Positions 36,627 through 49,600 of a stretch of 64,000 nucleotides of DNA are shown here, piece by piece. Under the pieces are notes generated by a model. That model was not told where the DNA came from. It saw only the letters and a program-made list of their open reading frames with translations, and searched no databases. The stretch's first letter is position 1; each line of letters opens with the position of its first letter. This DNA is from Dudresnaya verticillata (taxonomy: Eukaryota), in the NCBI GenBank assembly GCA_977862235.1, contig OZ374563.1, positions 2,356,001-2,420,000 of the forward strand. Reading direction: 5' to 3'. A program made the translations under genes and the position numbers.

Positions 36627-38779
36627 TTGCAAGACTCAGCCCCGCCTTCCTCTACGGTGGGCGCTCCTATAGGCCCATCCCCAGCTCCCGGCCTATATCC
36701 ACCGTTGTTGGGACCACCCCCACCACCTCCGGTCCTGTTAACGACTGGCCAAGGTATAGCTCTAACAGTTGGCCGTACAGGGTTAGCTTTTACAGCAGAT
36801 GCGGTCCGTAATGAGGTACCTCCACGGGCAGCTCCACCGGCGGCCACTGTGCCACCGATAACTCCGCTGGTGACGCCTGCTAATCTCCGTCCACCTCCGG
36901 TTGACAATGATTCCCAGTCAGAATACGACCGTTAGTTGGGCAGAACAGGAGTTCTACCAGTACAAGCAACGAATGGCCGAGTGGCAACGAGAGATGAAGA
37001 ACCAGTTTGGTGAGATGGAAGTCAAGATGTCCACCACGGCTCTGATTAGAGACCAACACCTGCGCCAGGAGATACACTATGTCATTATTCACGGTGCACT
37101 TACGGACATATCCGAACGATATGATGGGCGTCTGGAAAGAGTTGAGACTGCCGTTTTTTCTTCCGACGGGAAGGGAAAACGCCCTGCTCCTCCTCGCCAG
37201 ACAAGGTCCGCGTCCGCTCGGATGACACCGGCCAATCAACCAGTCTTGGAACCACAGATTGTCGGCCCGGTAGCAGCATTACAGAAGCAACTGGACACGT
37301 TTCAAGATGAGAATACTGCCTTTTCCAATCCTGACAAGGCACGGCCAATCATTTTTGTGGAAGGGGTACCACCGCAAGCGGGCAACACTCAGAACATTGG
37401 TGCGGCCCCACGGCCAGTCTTAGTCGGACCTTCTAGGCCAAGTGACGCAGAAGGATCTTTCACGGGATATGCTGGCCATTTGGATGAAACAGGTCTTCCT
37501 TTCGCGGCGATGGGCGAAGTCAACCTAGCCTAAAGCCTCTCAAGACCCTCTAAGAACCCTTCCGACGGGTTGTGGATTACCGGACCCACCGTCGTCTGGA
37601 AACTCGGCCAACGATGACTATGGAGGATGCGCACTGCTTGTCCCGGGTGACTCGCCAAATCCGGAACTTGTCCCCGCAGATGAACCCAGTTGATGGCCGG
37701 CGCCCGATAGAACTCCTGTCTTGCTTGAAAGAGGTCAAGGATGCCTGTGACGGGACGAATGTCCACGAAGGGTCTGTTTTGCGTTTTCTAGCCTTCTTTA
37801 CGACCGGGGATGCGAAGAGGTTCTATTCTGACCGTATGTCCGGAGGAATAAGGTCAATACATCCCATCTTTCCGATGCGTGGGTTTTCAAAAACCAGTTG
37901 GCTACAGTTAGTCTATGCTTTCCTCAAGCGCTACTGCACTGAATATGTTCTGGCCGCTGTGTTGGACAAAGTGGCTAAAAGAAAACAGAAAGATATAGAG
38001 ACAGAAGCGGAATTCGCTGACCGGTTGGGGGACACGGCGCTGTCGTGCGCCGATGTCTTCCCCAACAACACCAAGATCAACCATTATGTGAGGGGTTTAC
38101 CGTCGACCACTCTTTCGGCTCCAGCTGAGAAACTCATACAGATTCTGCCGGAGGGGAAGGACTTCTCAACGGTGCGCCGTATAGCCATCGCCGAAGGGGA
38201 GACACACAAGGCCTACCTGGCCTCTGCACGTCCCAAAACAAGCTCGGCCAGTTCTCGAAGTGCTTTGGTCATCCCTACCCTTGCGACCGAGCCTGCTTGG
38301 CAGGCGGAGCTCGAAGATATAGCGGCCAACTATGATGAAGCATTGACATCATTCCGGTTATGACCATTACTCCTGGTCACAATGGTGCTCAGCAAACACC
38401 GACAATGACACCGACCACACAGTCACCAGCAGGGTCAGATACCGGGGGTAATACCCCAGACCCACTCTTAAAACCTCCGACGTTGATGTCGGATGAACTG
38501 GCCAAAGTCGTTATTTTGCTGCGCAGTGATAAGACCGGTGCCCGTTGTTGGGGTTGTCGCGAATGGGGCCAGGATTGGTACACTTGTGTGTACTTGCCAT
38601 TGGCCATTAGAAACGTGTTTGCCATACGTAACTTTCGCTTCAGAGATGAGTACGCTAGATGGCACTTCGAAGCGTTTGCTGACAGAGGTCGATATCACCG
38701 CCCCGATCAAAAGAATATTTCCTTTAAGCATGGAAGGGGGCGCCCTCCCCCTCAGCTAATACCCCGACGGCCACAATAA
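36627..38779 (+). pseudogene. gag: Gag of element 3 (fragmented)
   Basis: 'DGRRPIELLSCL...HEGSVLRFLAFFTTGDAK' aligns with element 1 gag 'DGSDPVSTIGFL...TEGAAILVIADFLGKDAK'. Degenerate knuckle CWGCREWGQDWYTC. Confidence 0.75.
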
Positions 38780-39810
38780 TCATCTTCAAACCTTGGGAAT
38801 CGGCAGGCCACGTTGATCAATACGTAAGAGCATCCAATGGATGCACTGGTGGCCGATATGGAGTCCTACAACACGTCTTCGGCATCGGGAATAGCCGGGC
38901 CGAGGTATTCCGTCGTGATCTCGTTGCCCGCGCACGTTCCAAAACCGGCTAGTCTCGTATCAATTGAGTTGTGCCCTTTTAGCCATTGTGATTTTTCTTC
39001 TTTGTTATGCATTACATCGCGTTTGGCAGCGCCTATCCAGGTTTGGTCAACCCATGATTTGACCTACCACTGCCCATTTTCCGCCTTGGCGTGATGGCCA
39101 TACTATATCATCATCATCCACCGCCACACCGAAGGATGGGGTTCTTTCCCAACGAGTGGCCGCAAATCATCGAACGAAGAAAAGAAAGAGGATTCCCAAC
39201 TGGCCAATTTTTCATCACAAGATATGGTCTGCATTATGGTCGGGGCCAACCGTACCCTCTCGGGTTCATTTGGCCCCACCATGTCTGCCTTGATGGCCGC
39301 ACCAGATGTCTCAGACAATTGATACGGATGAAAGATTACCCGGGTGGACAAGGGGAAAGATCGCGGCGCGCCGCGCCGCGACGTTCCCGGAGCCCTTTAC
39401 AGTTTCGCAAAGTAGTTTTCTGTGTGCAGATGGTACTGATGTGAACATTTCACGGGGGTCTGGAGGTGGCAGTTTGTCATTTTGACAGGGTGCCTGGCCA
39501 CAACTTGCCAGTTTGTCATTTTGACAGGCTGCCTAGACGTATTATTTTGTCATTTTGACATGTTGCCTTAGTGTGCTTGTAACGCATTTAGACAGTTTGT
39601 TTTACCTCGGTGTTCCACTATCCTATTTAGACAGGGTGTTTGTGTACCAGGCTGTCACGGCAGGGCATGTAAGGTGTCAAGACGATTTAATGCAAGAAAA
39701 GAAGAAAGAGAACACATCTCGTCGTTCTGTAAGAGGAAGTCCAAGATGCACTAAAATATGAAAGGAATTATCGACGCCTTTAAGAGGCTGTGATTTTCTA
39801 AGTAGTAGAA

Positions 39811-42800
39811 TCATCCATCACATCTGCCGTCAAAAAAGTCAACAGCCTCTGGGAGAAACGGGTTGCTGACGGCAACAGGCATATTACGGAATGGATGTTC
39901 GGGGTCGGATGTACGGCCTTTCTCCTTATGTAGTAGAAGAATATCGCCAGATTTCTTTGCTCGGGAGAGGGCAACGTATTGCTGCCCTGGAGAGAAAATT
40001 TTGGAACGCAGGTCGACGATCATTCTGCTTAAGGTCTGTCCTTGTGCCTTATGCACCGTAGCGCTGAACGCAAGACGGATAGGGAACTGCCTTCTCGTGA
40101 CGCGAACTCCGTGAAATTCAAACTGAAAATCTATGCGATGTAACGCGAAGTATTCCAGTTCGCTTCCAGATTGACCAATCTTCGCAACGTAAACCATTCT
40201 GCGTGTATAGCGCTTGACCACAAACATTGCTCCATTGACAATGTGAGGGTGAAGAAGGTTTCTGATAACCATTACTGGAACAACGAGCTTAAGTTGTAGA
40301 TCATGCGGCGGAACCCCTGTCGGCATATACCGGTACGTCATTTCTGCCACAATCTTGTTGCCGATATGGTTGGAACTGCTGCCGCTGCGTCGGACGGGAA
40401 CAATGCCGGTTGTTGACTTGAGTGAGAACATTGTTCCCGGGAATCGTTTCAAGCATTCCTCATTGTGCTCATCGACGAGCGTGTTGGTGGGACAAACAAT
40501 CATGCGGTTCGGTTCCACATCCCTCGGATTTCCGGTTCTAGCCCACTTCCAAAGACCTTCGTACGCTGCTGTCATATCGCCGGTGGATGAAAGAGGAAGC
40601 GGACGTGTGGCTGGGAACCTCCCAGTCGCGATATACATCAACATTCTACTGAATCTCTGGTCTTCTGCCTGACGGACCTGCTGAGTAATGGGGAGGACAT
40701 TCACACGGGGCCAAAGGGAGGAAGCCCACAGAAGTTCGTCCAAAAGTGATACGTTAACGTAGCGTGTAGTCCCCAGTTCATCTTCCTCCAGTCTCCTTGA
40801 CGGCACTACAGGAAGCAGCTGAAGATAGTCTCCCGCAAACACGATACTCAAGCCTCCAAATAGCGGCTTGTCTTGGGCAGAATCCGAGCTACTGCTGGTA
40901 CCCCCACCACTGGTCCTTGAATGTCCCGGTCTCACTCTAAGGTCCTTCAGAATTGCGTCAACGTGCTCAAAAAAAACGCGTTGCATCATTGAGGCCTAAT
41001 CAACAATGAGAAGTGCCATGTTTCGAAGCCTCTCTGCTCTTTGCGAACGTGGCCCATACTTTGAAAGCTTCGCATGTCGCTCAGAACTGTCTTTGTCATC
41101 TACTCCAAGACAAAGTAATCTGTGGAGTGTGCGCCTCCCCTGAGTACAATGATGCTGCAATACCTGTACTCGCAGTAATCTCCACGTGCATTCCCTTGAC
41201 CTGTGCCATTTCGCATAGTAGAGAAAGAAGATAAGTCTTCTCTGTTACAGCGTGTCCTTGTAAGAAGAATACTTTTCCCTCTGTCCCTAGTGTGTCTTGC
41301 TGACGTCGTTCGATTAAGTTCGTCATGAGCCTGTCAAACACACGCTTCTGTTGCGAGTTTAAAGTACGGTACTTGTCCTCCAGGAGTGTTCGTGTACTCC
41401 TATATGAAGGAGCTCGATTGATCTCGTTCTGTACCCTTTCAGTCTCTGTGGATCGTTCCTGAGAACTAAAGAAAGAACGGAATGAGCGGTGATGCCTTAG
41501 TAGATGCCCGCCATGACGGTCCGATATCTCAATGAATCTGCGGATAAGCTCGGCCTTGTTGCTAGCAGTAGAGCCCAGGTTAATATCGGATATCAAATAG
41601 TCCATTTGCCTCTCTAACATTCTGTTTGGATGCCCTACCTGCTGGTAAAGCGTCACTATCATGAAGCGCAGGCTTTCAGGAGTTGAATGCATTCGCACTG
41701 CTTCATCGAAGGACCGGTCCTACTCATTTCCATCGGCATAGAGACCCATAGCCACTGCTGCATCGCGGAACGATTCGTATCGAGTCCCTTCGAATTCTTT
41801 GCCATCTGCGAAGCAGGAGAGAGCCGTTTGCATGACGATCACTCGGAGTGCAAAAAGCTCGACATTGGCTGGTGAAACGAAGCGGATGCGTGCTACAGTG
41901 TCTTCATCGGACCCTCTTCTTACCATGTATTGACTGGGACGCCATTGTCGCGTGGAATGTCACCACTCCGAGACTTAAGGCTTCGTGGAAGTGTCGTATA
42001 GAACTTAACTCTTCCATGTACATCGAGAAAGGTTTTGGACCTGTACTGTGTCGGACGCTTGAAGTAGCATAGTAACGGTGAGTCTGACACCTGACGAGGA
42101 AGATTAGGGTTACGGATGACAATGTTTCGTTCTCCTTGTAAGTGTATCTGATATGCAGAAAAAGTAGGCTTCATCTTGTTGTGCCTGAACTCAAGTAGGG
42201 ACCACGCCGCCTCTACTGCACCCCTCACTCTCGCGCGCATGTGGAGTCCAATTCATTGTGGATATTGTCCCTCGCGGGGTTTCTCTGTGTCCCGTCCCTG
42301 CCCTCTTCTGCTCCGGTTCTTACGCTTACGTCGTGCAACTTGGGTGGCTTAAATGTATACTTCATGAGGTATGCGACCGCTCCGCCGCCTTGTGTGGGTT
42401 CTACATTGATGTGACAAAGGTACCTTCGTGTTAACTTAGCATTGTAAGGTACAACTCGGAGATCTTCCGCTTTCCACCGCCGATACACAACTCGATTGCA
42501 TGTCTCATCAATTTATGTGGAGGGAGTCGCGACCTTTTGATCGTACCCGAAGCGGCATCTTCTATCCCACGTACGGCCCTTACAGTACGGAGAGTGCCGA
42601 TGCATGTTCAACTTCTTGCCTAAAGCTCGGAGTTCCGGCTCATCTTCCTCAGTCGGCAATTCTGCACTGATCATGGCGTCAACTTCATCCAAAATCCTCC
42701 AGTAGTCCTCCCTCCATGAATACCAACATGTGAATGTGCGGCGTGTTCCTTTCTTGGAACTCCAGCTTTCAAGCAGTACCGATACAACGTCGAACGAAGT

Positions 42801-45110
42801 ACTCTTTTGAGTTCTCTTGTATCTCCCTCATGACATCGTTTTCCAATTGATTGTAAACTCTTGCAGTGAGATCTGGGCGGTCGAAGACGCGGGGCTTGCT
42901 TCCATGAGGCTGGAAAGTACTGCGATGTTGAATGTCAAGGCCTAGCCGGCCCATCTCTTCCCTCCATGGGTTAATCGTAACAGTCACGAGAAGAGAAGGG
43001 ATGTGCCTTTGTACAACGATTGCCTGCACGCCTAGTAACTTCCCCGCCAGTACGAAGGAGAGTTGATGTGGTTATCAGGAATCAAGAGCCGGCCAGCACT
43101 GTATGTCTCATCATCATCCATCACAACTTCTTGCAGTTCTCTCTCCTCGACGATTCTTGCCGTTTGCTCACGTTCAAGGAATCTAACACGCTGATCCTCT
43201 ATGTTCATAACGGTCCGAAATAGCCAGACTTGGAAAAGTGTCCCGCTGTCCTGAAGGATATCGTCTGAGTATAGTCGCCGCTTGACGTGGGTTGCCCACG
43301 TCAGCTTACGCACCTTCTTCTGGTTTTCCTCTGCTTCAGAGTCAGTATCAGAGTTATCCCCTCGTGGTTGTAAGAATAGTGCTAGATCGAACGGGAAATG
43401 CTCATCACCACACGGGAATAGAAGCGGAAACGCCCCCACCTCTGCTAACTTCGATGCCGCATTCAACGTACGGTACTTAACAACACGTCTTTCACTGTCC
43501 GGTGCTCGACTTGTGGTAGTGTCTCGATGCACATCTGTGCTTCCGACTATCTGCACCATTGGCTGCTCGCTCCGATATAGCCCAGAAGGATCTACAGTTT
43601 AGCTGTGTAGATGCCTTGGTACTCCAGTTTGATCTTGCGGAAGCAGTCCCAACCCCCCGACGCCTTCTACGTCCCCAACCTGTCTCCCACGGTAGTTTTG
43701 TACTACTACACCGTCATTTTCAACTTGTTCATTCACTTCTACTGCATGAACAGTGATTGCAGGGTCATTTGAAGAGCTGCCGGCAGCAGCACGCGAAGAC
43801 TGAGAAACCAAGGAGCGGTAAGTCTGCCTTAGTAGACGAGTTGGAGGTTTCAGACGATCATACAGAATCGGGACGAGTCGGCGAACATTTGCGTTACTAA
43901 CAGCATCCCGCATCAGTCTTGATCGCTGATCGCGTTCCCTCAAACTTGGTACCTCGTCCGACCAGAGAAAGGTGTATCTTGCATCACGCTTTGGTACAGC
44001 TATAGCTGCGTTACCGTACAACTTCATGAAAGAAGGCCCACCGGCAGGCATGAACTTGAGGCCCATGAAGGATAGACAGGTAGCGAAGAGAAAGTTAAGC
44101 TGTACGGGTAGAAGGAAAGCTCGGAGCTTGTCTACATCTTCCAGCTGATTGGACTGCTGTCTCCTTCGGAACGTAACGCCCCATCCAGAAGGACTCTTCT
44201 TTCCGCAACAAACACCATCAACTTCCTTTCCAAGGACCAAACGTTTTCCTTTCCAAGGACCAAACTTCCGCAGTACTTGCAGGTGCTCATAAAGAGCCTT
44301 CATCCGTCTAGAGAACAGCGTCGGGTAGTATTGCTTCGGTTTCTACAGTTGGAACATCTTCGCCTCGTGTCTTGAGAAGTATTGAACTCCTCAGGATTGC
44401 TTCCGGATGCCTTCGCATCCTCTAAACGTTGATCAAAGACATAGTAGACAGAATAAAGTCCGTCTCCAACCTTTTCTACTTCAGACATACGAGTAGCATC
44501 TACTGTCCCCGAAACGGGCTCTTCAATGTTGTTCTCATACACGTCGCTCACCGGACCATTTGTAACGTGATCGCCTTCTTCTAAGGGCGTTCCTTGATCC
44601 GGTTCAGGGACCTGAGTCCTTCGTGGCCTCCCCCTGCCCACACGAGATCCTCCAGCGTTTACCCGAGCACCTCCGGAAGTCGCACGTGCACCACCGGCAT
44701 TGCTGCGAGCCACTCCAGAGTTCGCTCGACTTCCTCCGGCATTACGTCGCGCGCTTCCTGCGTTTTCCTTTACTCCATCCGCCTTGTGGCGCAAGCCTCC
44801 CACGTTTTCTCTTACCCCACCCGCATTCGGACACACACCACCCGCATTTGGACGTGCACCACCCGCATTGGGACGCGCACCACCCGAATTACGACGCGCA
44901 CCGCCCGCATTCGAACGCGCACCGCCCGCATTTTCACGCGCACCACCTGAATTCGGACGAGCCCCCCCGATTTCGCACGCGCTCCTCCGGCGTTATCGCG
45001 TTGACCACCAGTATTGCGCCTTGAACCACCAGCATTCGACCTCGCACCACCTGAATTGCGCCTGGCACCACCTAAATTTGCCCGTGCCCCGCCAGCATTT
45101 TGCGGCGGCC
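39811..45110 (-). pseudogene. Helitron Rep/PIF1 helicase (frameshifted); 5' boundary approximate
   Basis: Rep motifs LLVTVTINP, LEFQERNTPHIHML (HUH) and AYLMKYTFK. PIF1 motifs FGGLSIVFAGDYLQLLPV, QFPIRLAFSATVHKAQGQTL and YVALSR. Confidence 0.92.
44640..45110 (-). repeat. 21-bp (7-aa, NAGGARR-like) coding minisatellite at the Helitron ORF N-terminus
   Basis: Repeated GCACCACCCGCATTCGGACGC-like units, roughly 20 copies. Confidence 0.85.
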
Positions 45111-46168
45111 CACCCGAGTTAGGTCACGGACCTCCGCGTACCATTTCCGTTCCCACTTGACGTTGACCTTCTGCCTTCTCGCTTCCCTCTCGCCCGCACG
45201 TGCGGGCAGAAAACTTCAGCGGCTAGGACGCAAGCCGAGGTTTCACAGTTAAATGTCTTTGTTGTTCGCACCGGTAGCAGCCAGAAACTCGTGAGCTGCA
45301 AGAAAGCTTGCAACTTCAGGAGTTCTGCTAGGGGAGCGGGGACAAATAGCTTGGTTAGGTGTAGTTCCACACCGCTCACCAAGCCTAACCCCCTGCGAGA
45401 CACGGACGCCGCTACCGACAAACGCCCAGCCCGTTGTGACTCCACTCTAGATGCGGGCTGGCCAGCAGGTGGACGCTCGCGGTAGCTCTGGCTGCACAAG
45501 GCCTCCAAATCACCGAATTGCTCAACTCCCACTGCCTGTTCACTCGCGTACTGTTGTGCCAGGCTGCCTCACGACGGGGACTTCACGTTTCACTCGAAAT
45601 TGGTCCTGAGAGCGGTCCCGCGCCGTCCTCAGCAGCCTGACGTACCCGCTTCGCTTCGCGGTGGGGGGGCGAGATACTGATCAACGCAGGGTGGCATTGT
45701 ATATATGCGCGCGCATGCAGCGCAGAAACAGCAGGATGCAACAGCACGACTCCGTGCATCTGTGCCTGCGACGCGCCCACTGGGCCACTGCGTCGTAGAT
45801 CGTGCGCCACAAAAAATTACGTACTGTATGCCACACATAACGTATAATATCACACGCGCCTGGGTATCACCACTGCCAAATCGCCAAGCGCACAGCCAGT
45901 AACAGCGCCCGTGCGCCGCTCTGCAAGCATCTGTCAGCACGCATGCGCGCAGCCAATTACAGTTGAGCTTTGCTGCTGCTGCAGCTGATTTTTCATTGGC
46001 GGCACGGTACTGTATTTTAGATATAACTGGGGGCGTAGAAACTGTTTGTAGCATGAAGTCGCAGCATTGGCGCAGCGATGTAGAATTTTGTTTAATTTTG
46101 CAACCCGACCCTGCCTAATACTACCCTTTGGGTGGTCATACCCTTACAAATTCTTACTATAAGGTAAA

Positions 46169-46803
46169 CAAGGGCAACGACGAGGCGCTGCGCGCCGCTA
46201 TGCGCCGTGCAGCCGCGCCTAAAGCGCGACTGACTCCTGTATCCTCTGTGGCACGATGGGATACTGTGGGATACCGGGGTAGGTTTGGGTCGCTTGATAA
46301 CGACAGGTGTCTTACAATTTCTTTGTAATGATATTTGTTTCCAATCCGTGAGACAGGAGCGGTTTTAATCACATAAATTAAGAATGGAGGCGCACGGCGG
46401 GACTGTAAGATCGTATCGCTGTAGCGCGGCGGCGCCTCTGTAAATTTACTGTCAGAAAATCCGAGCGCACCAATGAGAGGGCGTGTGCGCGCGTTGATTT
46501 GGTACCGCGCGAAAATACAGCCAATCGGGTGGCGCGGCTTGGCGGTCAGCGAATGGGGTTGCAGCTTTGCTGCTGATGCTGCTGCTGCTGATGCTGCTGA
46601 TGCCGCTGATGCTGCTGCTGCTGCTGCTGCTGAATTTTTCTATTGGGCGTAAAAGGGTGAACTAGTAATATTTTTAGGCGTGCGTAGAAATAGGTTTGGC
46701 GGCAAGGGATGGTAATGGCGGGCGGATGTTTATTTTTTGTAATTTTTTACGTGTAAGAAGCCCTCGAGGGGCTTCGTACACTGACTAATCATTACTATGG
46801 GGA
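46169..46803 (-). mobile_element. Small non-autonomous Helitron sibling directly upstream of the large Helitron
   Basis: 46540-46800 is a diverged copy of 45950-46165. 5' end TCCCCATAGTAATG. 3' end CCCTTG|T preceded by a GC-rich imperfect hairpin. Contains a (GCT)n tract at 46566-46633. Confidence 0.55.
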
Positions 46804-47750
46804 GAATGCGTTGCCTCCCAATTGGAAGGATAACGAACTTGCATTGAAGTCTCCACCATTATTAGGCGACACCAACAATGGCCGATTCATTTTCGAGAGG
46901 CCGTTTCCCTGGTCGTGCAGCTTGACCTTCATTCATACCGAGTGCCGTTCCTTATCGCCGACCTTCGTTTCGCCGTGCCCGTCTTGTTCGGTACGATCTT
47001 TTTGAACACACACGTGGATAGAATCCAGTGTCGTGGTCAAGCCGTGAACTTACTGCGCGAGGACGTCCTTCCATTACTTCCCGACAGCGCTTCGATGGCG
47101 CTGGGGGCAGACCCAACCGCTGCGAAGGGCGCCCCGCCTCGGGCTAATTCCAATTCTGCAAGGATGCCACGCAAGGCTCCACAACACTGCACAGCCACTG
47201 TACGGTTGACAAAAGGCCTGACCATACGTGCAGGTCAAGAGGCCACAGTAGATGTTCGCAGTGATGGCCGAAGGTTATGCGTGTTGGAGCCCAAACATTT
47301 GAATCTTTGAGCTATGTACGTATGGTGTCGGAAGCTCAAATCTTTGAGCTTCCGACACCATACGCGAATGGCCAATGGAGTTGCAGAGGTCGGCCGCAGA
47401 AGCCATTTCAGGTGATGCTGGCCAAATGAGGACGAAAAGATGTCTTACTGCCAAAGGGTACCGTGGTCGGCTATGCTGTCCGTCACCCTATTCCAATCCT
47501 GACGCCATACCGACAGAGTGTGGAGAATACGGCCAATGTACTCGGACCCACGCCTCTGGTGGACCAACATAGTAATCAAGTATAAGTAGAAGAAGGTTGC
47601 CAAGAAGAGGATAAGCCTCCGGAACCGAAGTTACCCAGAAAGGAGGAAGAAGAATGGCGGAATATGATCAAACTTGACCATATCCCGGACAAAAAGCAAC
47701 GTGATAAGATAATGAACATTGTGGAGAAACACAGTGGAATGTGGAACGTC
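46804..47750 (+). pseudogene. pol: Gypsy pol fragment (protease C-terminus to pre-RT region)
   Basis: 'LPPNW', 'VPVLFGTIFLNTHVDRI' (cf. element 1 DAILGCTFIDTHVEVL) and 'LDHI..KQRDKIMNIVEKHSGMW' (cf. LEHL..DRCRVRKMLRPFAGMW). Confidence 0.7.
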
Positions 47751-47757
47751 CCGGTAC

Positions 47758-48077
47758 GGGGACTTGGTGCCGGATACGCCGGTGCGCAAGCCGGGGTCTC
47801 GGCTGCACTGTCGATACCCTGAGCGCAGAGGCGCTCCTCGTTCGTGAGTAGGAGAGCAGTGGCGCTCGTAAATCAGCCATTACAAGGCGTCCAGTTGGCG
47901 CCACGTGTCGTCCACGTGTCCCCACGTGTACCATGTGTCATCCACGTGTCGTCCACGTGTACCCACGTGTCATCCACGTGTACAGCGATGAAAGGACAGC
48001 TGTTTTGGGACAGTCTGTCCCGCAAAAAGGAGAGCGCTCCTGTAAGCCCTTCTGCTGACAGCATCCATTCTGCTACA
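47758..48077 (-). repeat. Partial LTR (5' part), family of 13893-14690; left end approximate
   Basis: Direct homology to 14365-14690. Terminus TGTAGCAGAATGG on the minus strand. CACGTG array. Confidence 0.8.
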
Positions 48078-48223
48078 CTCAGTAAATCGCCAAGCCCGCA
48101 GCAGAGTCGAGGGAACCCCCGTACATGCACACGGTGACGCCACCGCTTGTGACTCGGGATACGTAACCCTACTCTTGCTTGCGCGGCCCAACCGCTTTGT
48201 TCATCCTGCAGCCGACGTCGGCG

Positions 48224-49600
48224 TTACTGTTTGTGCTCCACTTCGTCCTCTTCTTTGAGGACTAGCTCCGTCTTCACGACTACGTCGTCCCTATCAACTG
48301 GAGCCATCGCGACCTGAGTCCGCTCTTGAGGGTGAACCGTTGTGGACTTTGAGCCTTCGTTGCCACGTGCAGCCGATGTCGATCGCAAAGTCGGGTCTGG
48401 TGCGCTGTGCTTCACCTTGGCTTGAGAGTCAGTACGTGGGCAGTCTTCGTCCAACAGTTCCCCCGATGGGGCAAGGCCGGCTAACACCGAGGTAGGCGCT
48501 TGAGGCGTCACCAAAGAAGAGACAGCCTCCTGCTGAAGGTCTCTCTCGACCGGCTTCCCCACGGCCATAGACCGGTGTGAGATGCCCGGTGTTCTCAGGA
48601 AGGTGGCGATTACGCTTGAAGATATTACTCCACCGGATGCGCTCCACAAAACACACTAGGGCTTCCAAGTCCTTGGCATCGGAAGCATCCCCCGTCAAAC
48701 GCGCCGGGCCCAGGGCCCTAGATGCTATGCAGATGGGCTGCCCGATGAATAACAGCAGGGCTCGTCGAACCTCGTAGATAAAGACCTGGACCACGAGAAC
48801 CACCCACTCGTGTCTGAAGATGCTCCATTACACACTGTCGTTCATGGCCTTCGCCATCATTTCCAGTCCCAGGTTTGCCACGATAGTCGGCACACCAACT
48901 GGCATGGAATAGGACACTTCATAGTCCTTGTGGTCGTCGGGCACCTGGGGATACTTCCTATTATAGAATTCAGGCTTGATAGCCGAGACTTCCTGGCAGT
49001 GGCAGGGCACCAGACATCCCGTCTTATGACGCTCATGATGCTCGAAGCGTACGTACTCTAACGGCATCGCCGTCTGGGGATTGTCTAGGGCATATTTCAA
49101 ATTTGAAGATTCATCCCACCGCACGACGCGGGCGAGGGTATAGGGGAAGTTATCCCTCCCGACACGAATGAGCGGGCGTTGGTACATCACGATGCGCAGG
49201 TCCCAGTCACCCTTTTGATGGATCTCTTCCAACATGATAGCATCCGACGTGAGCCTCTTAGCTAACTTGTTGCTCCAGGGCACCTCGTGTCGAAACCGCA
49301 CGTACGCGAGATCCCACTGCAGAGTGCTGGCGTCTCCATCTATACGCGGAAGGAAACGGTTCGTCCCCGTGAGGGTGCTCACCCTAGCCCGCATGAGGGT
49401 ATTCCCAACCCGGCTCTGCGCCACTCGGCTGCCGCTGCGGCGAATCTCTTCGCGACTGGCCCCGGCGCGCACGTTAAAGTGGGCAAGGTCGGTACGCAGG
49501 AGCCAGTCGCGGCTGGCGAGACAGCCCTCCGCACACCAGCCGCATCCACTTTGCGGCCTAGCACATTGGCACTGGAGCCAGCGACCCCATAGGCCAAACG
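48224..49600 (-). pseudogene. Antisense accessory ORF, copy 3 (element 4; stop and internal deletion)
   Basis: RTDLAH, WDLA..RFRHEV, RP.IR.GRD..PYT.A.VVRWD..SN.KYALDN.QTAMP, KYPQVPD, EVSYSMP.G.PTIVA.LGLEMM and VKTEL.LKEE. Confidence 0.88.

Larger units (their letters stand above)
39349..46165 (-). mobile_element. Helitron (formerly autonomous, degenerate); 5' end approximate
   Basis: RepHel coding region. Perfect hairpin TCGCGGCGCG-C-CGCGCCGCGA at 39361-39381, 12 nt from a CTTG|T end on the minus strand. Confidence 0.8.

Noticed and set aside
44594..45122. Plus-strand ORFs over the 21-bp repeat
   Set aside because: Stop-free by repeat composition. The coding sense is most likely the minus strand with RepHel.
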